Origin: Escherichia phage RB49
Reading direction: 5' to 3' (one strand)
Length of the DNA: 64,000 bases
Sequence record: NC_005066.1
The position numbers and the translations under genes are program-made. Below are positions 56,135-63,968 of the stretch, one piece after another. Numbering within the stretch: position 1 is the stretch's first letter; every line of letters starts with the position of its first letter. The notes beneath the pieces are model-generated. The model worked only from the letters and a program-made list of their open reading frames with translations. It was not told the DNA's origin and did not search any database.

Positions 56135-56473
56135 TCACACCTTTAAAGTCATAGACGCATAAACATTAATGCCAGGCCAGTTAGGATCGCAATTATACTC
56201 AACATCCCACAAATAAAGCGGTTTAGATGTATCAGCCAAGTTTTTAAAATCTTCTACCCACATTTCAAGGCTATATGATGGATAAACTAGGCTATCATAT
56301 CCGCCGTAACGTTGGCCTACTGGTCGGTCAGTAAAAACTACCTCAAGATCCGGTAATTCTTTTTCAAGGATAACCGCCAGCGCATAAATAAGACGGTCTT
56401 CCTTGTTACGCTGCCGAAGGACCGTTGTCAGTTGGTTTTTCTGGTTCACTAGCAAGCACCTCCACATTTTCAC
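56135..56473 (-). CDS. hypothetical protein
   Basis: 112 aa ORF; start uncertain (overlaps upstream ORF). Confidence 0.4.
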   Translation of the reverse strand: MKMWRCLLVNQKNQLTTVLRQRNKEDRLIYALAVILEKELPDLEVVFTDRPVGQRYGGYDSLVYPSYSLEMWVEDFKNLADTSKPLYLWDVEYNCDPNWPGINVYASMTLKV

Positions 56474-56726
56474 AGAATGAAATTTTCACAGACACAATTT
56501 TACCATAAGTGAAGAATGAATATACATTATCGATATATTCAACGTCACCTACAATCACATCAAACTGCGGATCAGCAACCGCCGCAACATATTCTACCAG
56601 TTCATCAAGAGAATGCAACTTAATTTCATCAATTCGGCTGTATTTGGTTGCATCTTTGATTTTAAAACCACGTTCTTTCAGCTTATCAATTAGAATTTCA
56701 CGCGGAGTTTCAAACAGTTTGCTCAT
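56406..56726 (-). CDS. hypothetical protein
   Basis: 106 aa; GAGGATTATATT-ATG initiation region. Confidence 0.45.
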   Translation of the reverse strand: MSKLFETPREILIDKLKERGFKIKDATKYSRIDEIKLHSLDELVEYVAAVADPQFDVIVGDVEYIDNVYSFFTYGKIVSVKISFCENVEVLASEPEKPTDNGPSAA

Positions 56727-56747
56727 AATATAATCCTCACATTAAAT

Positions 56748-56948
56748 CTAAAATTTGTTAACGACGAATTGCATAATTAGACTAATCACAAACATTGCAA
56801 ACCAAGTATAAATGCAACAGATAAAAGCTACATACAATTCAATCTGGTCAGAGAATACACCGGGTAAAAGCATTAGCAAAATAACAACAGTAAAGACGCT
56901 AGCGATACCCGCAACAAAACCAATATCATTTTTACTAATCGTCATCAA
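56748..56948 (-). CDS. small membrane protein
   Basis: 66 aa, hydrophobic. Confidence 0.4.
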   Translation of the reverse strand: MMTISKNDIGFVAGIASVFTVVILLMLLPGVFSDQIELYVAFICCIYTWFAMFVISLIMQFVVNKF

Positions 56949-57154
56949 GTCACCGTTTTGTAAAGAAACACAATAAAATCCAAGACAAGAAAGACAGTGT
57001 AAATGATCATCGTCAAGACAGTAAACACTGTCAGATTTTCATCGTTAGTTAATTCATAGTCGCCCATCCATACAATCACAAGATATAGCATTGAAAGAAT
57101 GGAAGCGCCTACGAAGTTGAAAAACATATTCTTGAGCGTCATATTAACAACCAT
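56945..57154 (-). CDS. small membrane protein
   Basis: 69 aa, hydrophobic. Confidence 0.4.
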   Translation of the reverse strand: MVVNMTLKNMFFNFVGASILSMLYLVIVWMGDYELTNDENLTVFTVLTMIIYTVFLVLDFIVFLYKTVT

Positions 57155-57326
57155 CGCGGCTTAAGTCAATAGCAATTGCATACAGCATAATGAATATGCT
57201 AGCAGATCCAAGAATCAATGCACCGTCACATTTTGAAACTCGCTCATCAAAATGTAACATTATCCATCCGAGGATGTTAAAGGCGCATAACGCGCCTATA
57301 TTATCTAACCAATTAATCTTTTTCAT
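57144..57326 (-). CDS. small membrane protein
   Basis: 60 aa, hydrophobic. Confidence 0.4.
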   Translation of the reverse strand: MKKINWLDNIGALCAFNILGWIMLHFDERVSKCDGALILGSASIFIMLYAIAIDLSRDGC

Positions 57327-57334
57327 AATATACC

Positions 57335-57661
57335 TTAGAAAGAAACAGTTTTCAAGAAATCAAGATTTTCAGTACCGAAAACAGAAAAGTAGTGTTTTCC
57401 TTTTTCGGTTTTAGAGAAAGCGATTGTCTTCTCTACATGGTGACGGAAGCCAGATAGACGATCACCCAGGTCAAGGCGGCAAGCGTAAGTAGTGCCGTTT
57501 TCGAAAGTAACCTCGATTTGAGTTTTGTCATATTCGCTTTCATAGGCTTTTGCTGCCGCGTCCAGTGCTTTACGCTCGAAGTCTTCGAAGTGGAATACTT
57601 CGTTTGCGTTAGCGAATACAGAGGATTCAGAGAAGATAACTTTAACAGATACTGGTTTCAT
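57335..57661 (-). CDS. hypothetical protein
   Basis: 108 aa; ATG directly after cassette RBS. Confidence 0.45.
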   Translation of the reverse strand: MKPVSVKVIFSESSVFANANEVFHFEDFERKALDAAAKAYESEYDKTQIEVTFENGTTYACRLDLGDRLSGFRHHVEKTIAFSKTEKGKHYFSVFGTENLDFLKTVSF

Positions 57662-57740
57662 TTTGATACTCCTTAGTAGTTCGTGTTTCGTTTCGATGGG
57701 TGTATTATGCTATACACCCTCTTGTGTGTCAACAACTTTT
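57662..57740 (-). promoter_or_regulatory. early promoter cassette (TTGACA-N17-CATAAT)
   Basis: conserved leader CACCCATCGAAACGAAACAC then AAGGAGTATCAAA-ATG. Confidence 0.55.
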
Positions 57741-57929
57741 TTAGTCTTTTTTCATAATTTCTAGAGCAGTTTCTACCGCACCTTTCCAACCCTCCCACAT
57801 AATGGACATAGTAATGAAGTTAAAGCACCCGCAGGAATCAGCCTTTTTAGAAATAAACCATTCTACAAACGCTTCGCTCATACCATGCTCTTTAGCGGAT
57901 TCGCGTAATTGTTCAATTTGGTCTTCCAT
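57741..57929 (-). CDS. hypothetical protein
   Basis: 62 aa ORF. Confidence 0.4.
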   Translation of the reverse strand: MEDQIEQLRESAKEHGMSEAFVEWFISKKADSCGCFNFITMSIMWEGWKGAVETALEIMKKD

Positions 57930-57938
57930 AGTATCACC

Positions 57939-58127
57939 TCAACACTTAACGCTATTCAAACGATTTTGAAAGTACATATAGCAAGCATAATTTTGCTTTG
58001 GCTGTACCGTATCAGATAGACACGCTTTTACAGCCTCGCGGTCCGATGGATCTACACCCTCAGCTTTAAGTAATGCTAAAATCTGGTTATAGCGTACTCT
58101 TAGTTGTACTAATGGTTTATCCCCCAT
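57939..58127 (-). CDS. hypothetical protein
   Basis: 62 aa ORF. Confidence 0.4.
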   Translation of the reverse strand: MGDKPLVQLRVRYNQILALLKAEGVDPSDREAVKACLSDTVQPKQNYACYMYFQNRLNSVKC

Positions 58128-58136
58128 ATTACCCCC

Positions 58137-58358
58137 TTATAGTTGATCAGCGATGTAAGCGTGACAAGCGCGGAGTTTCATTAATGCACTACCTTTCACT
58201 TCGCCGACGATGTTCATAACTTCTAAGCGGTCGGATGGATTCATCTTAGAGCACCAGATCTGGTTAGCCAATTCCAGTTTACTCATATTTGGTTCCATCT
58301 CAAACAGTTCACGCTCAAAGTCGATAATTTCTTTTGCTGCGTCTTTAAAGTTAATCAT
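58137..58358 (-). CDS. hypothetical protein
   Basis: 73 aa ORF after cassette RBS. Confidence 0.4.
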   Translation of the reverse strand: MINFKDAAKEIIDFERELFEMEPNMSKLELANQIWCSKMNPSDRLEVMNIVGEVKGSALMKLRACHAYIADQL

Positions 58359-58424
58359 TTTGGTCCTCCCGTTTCGTTGATGGTTGTATTGTAGGGGAGT
58401 TATCCTCCCCTGTCAACACTTTTA
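58359..58424 (-). promoter_or_regulatory. early-promoter/stem-loop cassette with palindromic spacer
   Basis: TTGACA-GGGGAGGATAACTCCCC-TACAAT. Confidence 0.5.
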
Positions 58425-58610
58425 TCAGAAATATGCAATATAGTTTGCCAGTCCTACAGAGTCATCATTCGGCATTGCTTTTACTGCCAGTTCAAACCCT
58501 GCTTCAACTTTCTGTTTAGCGGATTCTTCGTTATAACCCCAGATTACCAGAATAGCTACTACGTTTTCTTTGCTTACTGCTTTCAGTGCTTTAGTGATGC
58601 GACGTGCCAT
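58425..58610 (-). CDS. hypothetical protein
   Basis: 61 aa ORF after cassette RBS. Confidence 0.4.
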   Translation of the reverse strand: MARRITKALKAVSKENVVAILVIWGYNEESAKQKVEAGFELAVKAMPNDDSVGLANYIAYF

Positions 58611-58700
58611 AATTTGATTCTCCGTTTAAGAAAGTGTGTTTCGTTTCGATGGGTGTATTATGCTATAGGCAGGATCTGGTGTCAACAACTTTTTTAAAAA
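58611..58700 (-). promoter_or_regulatory. early promoter cassette (TTGACA-N17-CATAAT)
   Basis: conserved leader CACCCATCGAAACGAAACAC then GGAGAATCAAA-ATG. Confidence 0.55.
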
Positions 58701-58710
58701 AATTTTAGGC

Positions 58711-58740
58711 AATAAAAAAGCCACTCCGAAGAGTGGCTTA
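58711..58740 (-). terminator. rho-independent terminator
   Basis: hairpin AAGCCACTC-TTCG-GAGTGGCTT followed by U-run on minus strand. Confidence 0.6.
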
Positions 58741-58745
58741 TAGGG

Positions 58746-58895
58746 AAGGTAGCGAATCTTCCTTGTCTCCAACCTGCTAGCGGCCTAGCAAGTGAATGCT
58801 TTAGCGTACCGGATCGCCCACATACGCTGTAATAAATGCGGCTAGGTGACGTCCAAATCATTCTAACCGCGCTGTCTTTAGTTCACTATTATTTA
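58746..58895 (-). ncRNA. candidate small structured RNA (not a tRNA)
   Basis: ~150 nt ORF-poor segment between a TATAAATA-type late-promoter match (plus-strand tatttata near 58899-58906) and the terminator; local hairpins GGAAG..CTTCC and TGCTAG..CTAGCA. Confidence 0.2.
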
Positions 58896-59107
58896 TATCG
58901 CTTTCTCTCGCGACGTTTTTGGTCTTCTTCCTTGATAGAGTTAAATGCATCAAAAAGACACATGGCACTAATAATAAACATAACCGTATTTTCTACGATA
59001 TCCCACGGCTTCGCATCAGTACAGATCCCCCAAACGGTAAGAAATGCAAATAAGGCAGAAGAGATCACAAGCATGATACTTGCTAAGATATAAAAAGTCA
59101 TTTTCAT
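58889..59107 (-). CDS. small membrane protein
   Basis: 72 aa, two hydrophobic helices. Confidence 0.4.
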   Translation of the reverse strand: MKMTFYILASIMLVISSALFAFLTVWGICTDAKPWDIVENTVMFIISAMCLFDAFNSIKEEDQKRRERKRYK

Positions 59108-59298
59108 GGTTTTACCTCAATTCTTCGATATTCATCACACATCCACACAGTAAGCAAGAATCCCAGCACATAAGCAACAAAATACGTTAATGCTTCTTCT
59201 GGTTCGGTGCTATGCGCCATCATCAGACCAGCGAGAAAGGTCTTAACAATTACATTTAAAATAATTAGCCACGCAAATAATTTCATAGTTTGCCCCAT
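59104..59298 (-). CDS. small membrane protein
   Basis: 64 aa, hydrophobic. Confidence 0.4.
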   Translation of the reverse strand: MGQTMKLFAWLIILNVIVKTFLAGLMMAHSTEPEEALTYFVAYVLGFLLTVWMCDEYRRIEVKP

Positions 59299-59522
59299 TT
59301 CGGACGAGTATTTTCAAACTTATACATTACGTAACAATCTCGAATCATCCACGTAACAAGAGCACCAGTCAACACAGACAATACGCAGAAGAAGTAAAAC
59401 GGTCCGGTTGCATTATCAACATGAGCAAGCCAGGTAAAGAAAACACATGCTAAGAATGTAAAGAACATCATAAAGCACAAGAAAGCGAAATATTTTATAC
59501 TACTCATAGCGCCACCATACAA
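59283..59522 (-). CDS. small membrane protein
   Basis: 79 aa, hydrophobic. Confidence 0.4.
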   Translation of the reverse strand: MYGGAMSSIKYFAFLCFMMFFTFLACVFFTWLAHVDNATGPFYFFCVLSVLTGALVTWMIRDCYVMYKFENTRPKWGKL

Positions 59523-59610
59523 CAGATCATAAGAAACCCCAACGCAATAAGAATTGCGTCAAATTTAGTGAACTCCGGTCCACCTATCAACATCATTCGT
59601 TCTATTTCGT

Positions 59611-59853
59611 TCATAGCGTACAAAGCCATTTAAAAGCACCACATAAAGCGAGCAGAATACTAGGTATAAACGAGACCAAAACAAGTTTGCAAAAATCATC
59701 TAAGGTAACACCGGAATAGCTACCTACTGTAACAACACCGATCATCAGACACAGAAAGAAAACAAATGCAATCATAAACAAAGTATTGCTAAACAGTTTA
59801 GTGATCATTAGACACCCCACGACGATCAATTTCAAAAACTTTTTTATCATCAA
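59611..59853 (-). CDS. small membrane protein
   Basis: 80 aa, hydrophobic. Confidence 0.4.
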   Translation of the reverse strand: MMIKKFLKLIVVGCLMITKLFSNTLFMIAFVFFLCLMIGVVTVGSYSGVTLDDFCKLVLVSFIPSILLALCGAFKWLCTL

Positions 59854-60001
59854 CGAAGCATGTCACAACTGCCTCGTTGACTTCCGCAAATTGTTGTGTC
59901 ACCCACTTAAGGTCAGAGCGAAACAATGTTCTATTAATAACAAATGTTTTACCGCTCTTATCCTTACCCATAAATTTTGCTTTACCCATATCCAATTCCA
60001 T
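59798..60001 (-). CDS. hypothetical protein
   Basis: 67 aa ORF; start uncertain. Confidence 0.35.
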   Translation of the reverse strand: MELDMGKAKFMGKDKSGKTFVINRTLFRSDLKWVTQQFAEVNEAVVTCFVDDKKVFEIDRRGVSNDH

Positions 60002-60010
60002 ATTATCACC

Positions 60011-60169
60011 TTATTTGCTAATCGCTAAACCCAATCCGAAGAGAGCACCCGATGCTACAGTATACCCGAAAGTTTCAAAGGCAGTAAAGATATCTAAGCC
60101 ACCAGCTAACAGAGTTGCAGTAAACAGAGTACCAGCTACGAACATAAAAGTTTTACCGATGAATTTCAT
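60011..60169 (-). CDS. small membrane protein (52 aa, below cutoff)
   Basis: hand-translated MKFIGKTFMFVAGTLFTATLLAGGLDIF...; ATG directly after cassette RBS. Confidence 0.35.
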   Translation of the reverse strand: MKFIGKTFMFVAGTLFTATLLAGGLDIFTAFETFGYTVASGALFGLGLAISK

Positions 60170-60236
60170 TTTGATTCTCCTTTCGTTTGTTTGTGGGGGT
60201 ATCTTACTACCCCCCGTTTCATGTTGTCAACTATTT
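60165..60236 (-). promoter_or_regulatory. early-promoter/stem-loop cassette
   Basis: TTGACA-N18-TAAGAT with GGGGGGTA/TACCCCC inverted repeat. Confidence 0.5.
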
Positions 60237-60614
60237 TTAAGAATATTTTACTTCGTCTACAATGTCTTTCATGACATTGATTTCCATTCCGGTCAGAACA
60301 CGTTGGAACATGTGCTGCACATACGCTTTCAGGTATTCATTTGATGGCTTGCTATCGAAAGTCTTTTTAGTGTAGTAGTCATCACCGAAAGCTACTGTAA
60401 TTATATTTTCGTCGTCGTTCCAAGCGATATAAGCAAATTTGCCGTTATCCCAGAAGCGAGCACTAATTGCTACTTTTGTTGAATCGAATCCTACTTCGCT
60501 GTGAGATTCAAGAACTACTTGCGTGCCAGTTTCTTTATGAATGTAGTAGCGGGATACTAAGTCAAAGTTACGGGTGTAGTGACATTCGAATTTATCTTTA
60601 AACATCATCATCAT
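60237..60614 (-). CDS. hypothetical protein
   Basis: 125 aa from ATG 60612-60614 after cassette RBS. Confidence 0.45.
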   Translation of the reverse strand: MMMMFKDKFECHYTRNFDLVSRYYIHKETGTQVVLESHSEVGFDSTKVAISARFWDNGKFAYIAWNDDENIITVAFGDDYYTKKTFDSKPSNEYLKAYVQHMFQRVLTGMEINVMKDIVDEVKYS

Positions 60615-60687
60615 TTTGATTCTCCTAAGTGTGTTTCGTTTCGATATGTGCATTATGCTATAGTCGTTTATGGTTGTCAACAACTAA
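60615..60687 (-). promoter_or_regulatory. early promoter cassette (TTGACA-N17-CATAAT)
   Basis: conserved leader then TTAGGAGAATCAAA-ATG. Confidence 0.55.
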
Positions 60688-60719
60688 AAACAAAAAAACC
60701 CCGAAAAATTTTCGGGGTA
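60688..60719 (-). terminator. rho-independent terminator
   Basis: hairpin ACCCCGAAAA-TTTTTCGGGGT followed by U-run on minus strand. Confidence 0.6.
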
Positions 60720-60724
60720 TAAAA

Positions 60725-61195
60725 TTACAGTTTGGTCGTCCACTCCAGGTCTAGATCTTCGACATACTCATGAGATCGGACAATCTCTAAATCGAACTCT
60801 AGGTCAGTGCCAAATTTACGCGCACCAACATCATAAGAAAGCGTGATATGCGGTACATATTCAGGATAATCCCACGTCGCGCCTAAAGCAGTTCCGATAT
60901 CGTGTCTGAATTGCATGTAGTCGCTTTCAAATGCCAACACAAGCGCATTAGTACCGGATTGAGTTTCAAACACTTTCAGATGGCATAGAGAGCCTAAAAA
61001 CTTTTCACCCTCTTCTGGGATAAACGGAACATAGACACGAGAATATAAGATAGTGCTATGCAGTTTATCACGAGGAACGGCATTAGGCAGATCGTAGAAC
61101 TCCTGCAATTTTTCAATGCGGTCTAGTGTATCCTCAGTGAATTTAACCGCCGCATATGTACCTTTAACGGATTCTCGAAACGGGGTCATAATCAA
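60725..61195 (-). CDS. 57B: 2H phosphoesterase (LigT-like), candidate Acb1-type cyclic-nucleotide phosphodiesterase
   Basis: 156 aa; two H-x-[ST]-x motifs (HSTI, HITL) about 85 residues apart; ATGA-coupled downstream of 57A, the T4 57B position. Confidence 0.55.
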   Translation of the reverse strand: MIMTPFRESVKGTYAAVKFTEDTLDRIEKLQEFYDLPNAVPRDKLHSTILYSRVYVPFIPEEGEKFLGSLCHLKVFETQSGTNALVLAFESDYMQFRHDIGTALGATWDYPEYVPHITLSYDVGARKFGTDLEFDLEIVRSHEYVEDLDLEWTTKL

Positions 61196-61458
61196 GCCTC
61201 CGTGATCAGTTCTACTTCCTCTTTAGCGTCTTCCGCTGCTTCGTCTTTAGGGAGAAGTGCTTTCACTTCTTCGACAATAGCATCAAGGGAAACAGTGCCG
61301 TTTTCGTCTGGCTGAATACCCAGAATGCGTACAAGTTCCATCAATACACGCTCACGATCTTTCAGTTGGCCTTCTAAGAATGCGGCCTTTTCTTGAGTGT
61401 CAAACAGACGTACTTTCAGGACATTAATCATTTGTTCATGCTGATTGGACATATTCAC
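61192..61458 (-). CDS. 57A: tail-fibre assembly chaperone 57A-like coiled-coil protein
   Basis: 88 aa acidic coiled-coil protein immediately downstream of gene 1. Confidence 0.5.
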   Translation of the reverse strand: MNMSNQHEQMINVLKVRLFDTQEKAAFLEGQLKDRERVLMELVRILGIQPDENGTVSLDAIVEEVKALLPKDEAAEDAKEEVELITEA

Positions 61459-61484
61459 ATCTCCTACTTGTTGATAACTTTTTA

Positions 61485-62141
61485 TTAAATGTTCGCGAGA
61501 ATCGCGCTTTCAAATTCTTCTAATGTGCCATTATTTATGATAACTGTTTCACCGTCAATAGGCAAAATTCCTTTTTCGGTGGAGTGGGTCGATACAATAC
61601 CAGTATCGCGCTGAATATGCAACACCTTAGCACCCATAGCACGCATGAGAGCAATTTCAATAGGCTGACGCACATCAACCACTACAAAATACCCTTCTTC
61701 ATTTTTGCGCTTCATAAACTCATCCACAAAGAGATTACACCAATAAAGCGGATTGATCAAGTTAACCATTATATCAGTACCGAGAGTGGTTAACATGAGA
61801 CGAATAGACCAGACGTTATTATGTTTTTCGCCAATCTCATTAACGACCTTGTAAATCTCAGCCAGACGATCACAAGTAAAGGAACTACCGCCATACTTCG
61901 AATCTAGCATAAGCAGACACTGAATAAACCACTTATGCGCGGTATAGGTATCAATACCTAGATCGGCTTCTCTGTCACGCCCTAACCCGTCAAAGTCAAG
62001 ATAAGTCAGACCTAAGTCTGGTTGACATTCGCATAAGATTTCTTTGATCGGTGCTGCCAGTTGATAACTATGTCCATCAATGATTAACGCGGCAGTGTCT
62101 TTTCCTACTCGCTTTTTACCACAAAGTGCAATCAATTTCAT
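61485..62141 (-). CDS. 1: deoxynucleoside monophosphate kinase
   Basis: 218 aa; Walker A CGKKRVGKDT; LMLTTLGTDIMVN and MRAMGAKVLHIQR collinear with T4 gp1. Confidence 0.85.
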   Translation of the reverse strand: MKLIALCGKKRVGKDTAALIIDGHSYQLAAPIKEILCECQPDLGLTYLDFDGLGRDREADLGIDTYTAHKWFIQCLLMLDSKYGGSSFTCDRLAEIYKVVNEIGEKHNNVWSIRLMLTTLGTDIMVNLINPLYWCNLFVDEFMKRKNEEGYFVVVDVRQPIEIALMRAMGAKVLHIQRDTGIVSTHSTEKGILPIDGETVIINNGTLEEFESAILANI

Positions 62142-62156
62142 TATATAAGCCTCTTA

Positions 62157-62747
62157 TTACTTTCTAAAAGCAGGGTGCATAGCTTTAATACCTTCCACTC
62201 GCTGACGATCCGCCGCCTGAATTGCAGGGCGAGGAACGATCAGTTGACCATCACGTTCAATGCTCATTGTTTTAAATGGAAGAATTGCAGTACACACCAG
62301 AGATTCATGCATATCATCGGTGTATGTTAACTCAAGTTCCCCCAATTGTGAACACCAACAACCATAAAAGTTAAAAGTGCACACAATGTTACGTCGTTCG
62401 TTGTCCATCATGTGAACTTGAACGGCTTCCGGCATTGAATCCTTCCACGCAGTGGAGTTACCGTTATTGTAGTCTACTATAGAAAGCATCCATGTGTAAA
62501 GGTTTAGATAGCTTTCCAAATGCTCATCGACAATAAACCGGACTACCAACGGGTCAAACTCCACATGACTGGAAGGATAATCTGCAATAGCCAAACCATA
62601 TTGACCAGCAACTTGCTTAGTCGGTGGAATGGTTATAGCCGGAAGCGTAACACCTTGAGCATTTAAAGTAAAGCCTTTTGTTAGCTGTCCATCTGGAATA
62701 TTGATCTGCCAGTTGCTAGGGTTAGCATAGTTAAAGAGATTAGACAT
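62157..62747 (-). CDS. 3: structural protein at the position of T4 gene 3 (tail tube terminator)
   Basis: 196 aa; assignment by position after gene 1 only. Confidence 0.4.
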   Translation of the reverse strand: MSNLFNYANPSNWQINIPDGQLTKGFTLNAQGVTLPAITIPPTKQVAGQYGLAIADYPSSHVEFDPLVVRFIVDEHLESYLNLYTWMLSIVDYNNGNSTAWKDSMPEAVQVHMMDNERRNIVCTFNFYGCWCSQLGELELTYTDDMHESLVCTAILPFKTMSIERDGQLIVPRPAIQAADRQRVEGIKAMHPAFRK

Positions 62748-62936
62748 TACTGATTCCTCAAATGAAAATATTTATTAACAATTGTCGCTTTGCGACGTGC
62801 CGTAGGCACTGACTAATTTTTAACCGAAACAAATTTTTATTATTCTAAAGATCTTTCTTCGTTTTGGTTATGTTTTAACCAATAACTATATTTTTATACA
62901 GTAATAAATAAAACGGGTACTATACGAGGACTTCTT

Positions 62937-63191
62937 ATGACAGAAGACATTTTGTTAAAACTCTATGATCGTTTGGATAACGAATTAGCAACATTGCGGG
63001 GTGAAGTTCTCTATTTGTCTAAATGCAATACAGATCTGCTTAAGCAGATTGCAGAAAGGGATGATCAAATAAAATCCCTTTCAGGTGCATTACGTGATCG
63101 CGACAAGGCATTAGAGATTTTACAGCGTGTTACCAATAAGGAAGAATTAAAAGACTTCTTACATGGTTATGCTCATGCTATCGATCTATAA
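62937..63191 (+). CDS. hypothetical coiled-coil protein (plus strand)
   Basis: 84 aa; GAGGA SD 7 nt before ATG; sits in a divergent AT-rich intergenic region. Confidence 0.4.
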   Translation: MTEDILLKLYDRLDNELATLRGEVLYLSKCNTDLLKQIAERDDQIKSLSGALRDRDKALEILQRVTNKEELKDFLHGYAHAIDL

Positions 63192-63208
63192 TAAAAAAGC
63201 CCGTCATT
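63183..63208 (-). terminator. rho-independent terminator
   Basis: hairpin AGCCCGTCA-ATGACGGGCT followed by U-run on minus strand. Confidence 0.55.
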
Positions 63209-63221
63209 GACGGGCTTAATG

Positions 63222-63968
63222 TTATGCATCCTTCCAAACTTTCCTTGCGTCGTATTTCTTGCCTTTTGACATAAACTGATATGTAGGCATATAGATAATA
63301 TTGCTCCAGTCTTTCGGGCTAATCTCAACAAGTTTTGTTTTAATGTGTCCCGGTAGATATGCTTTGATCATGTGGTCACTACCACGCATACCTTTTACAT
63401 CGCTCCATTTGATTTTTAAGCGTGTTTTATTGCTCAAGGTAGGAGTAGATGCATATTGCTTTAAAAGTGCCTCTAAAAACTGCTGACGGGCTTTAGGAGT
63501 TACATAGTGTAAGTTAAGACCCAGCATCACAGTATTACCCGCCTTTGTCTTAGAATCACCCAGACAAATGATCAGCGGGAAAACATCCCAATATGGCAAA
63601 GTGTCTTTATACTTAGCATCATACATAAAGGTATAGATTCGCCCTACTTGCGGTTTTACAATCTGGTGTCCCTTTATTCCCGCTTTTATTGTTTTAGTAA
63701 ACCACTCCTGTGATTTTTCTTTAGGACGACTCTTTGATACAGCACGCATAGACGCACGAAAATCATTAATCATCATCATTGCACGTTGCTGCTTATTGAG
63801 ACCCTTTGCTCCTTTCCCTTTTAGTTTTTCAACTTCTATTGCTGTTTTAATTTCGCTGGCATAACGAGACATACTTTTAGTGAAAGTCGCATAGGCTATT
63901 CCCTTAGAATCTGCAAATGCTTTAGCTGTCATGCCTTTGGCTTTTGCTTTCGCAAATTCTACACCCAA
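63222..63968 (-). CDS. 2: basic protein at the position of T4 gene 2 (DNA end protector)
   Basis: 248 aa lysine-rich ORF; ORF-track start is a non-ATG codon near the window edge; positional call only. Confidence 0.35.
   Translation of the reverse strand: MGVEFAKAKAKGMTAKAFADSKGIAYATFTKSMSRYASEIKTAIEVEKLKGKGAKGLNKQQRAMMMINDFRASMRAVSKSRPKEKSQEWFTKTIKAGIKGHQIVKPQVGRIYTFMYDAKYKDTLPYWDVFPLIICLGDSKTKAGNTVMLGLNLHYVTPKARQQFLEALLKQYASTPTLSNKTRLKIKWSDVKGMRGSDHMIKAYLPGHIKTKLVEISPKDWSNIIYMPTYQFMSKGKKYDARKVWKDA

Noticed and set aside
58746-58895. tRNA in the candidate RNA region near the T4 tRNA-cluster position
   Set aside because: The hairpins have loop sizes of 9 and 4 nt and no GTTC-type T-loop; kept only as a generic small-RNA candidate.
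57662-60687. Possible CRISPR array suggested by the regularly repeated ~60-bp intergenic elements
   Set aside because: The repeats are 300-700 bp apart with protein-coding ORFs between them, contain sigma70-type -35/-10 boxes plus an SD, and vary in the spacer; this is a promoter cassette, not a repeat-spacer array.
62748-62800. T4 late promoter (TATAAATA) upstream of the gene-3-position ORF
   Set aside because: Only a one-mismatch version (AATAAATA) is present and the spacing to the start is atypical; not enough to call.
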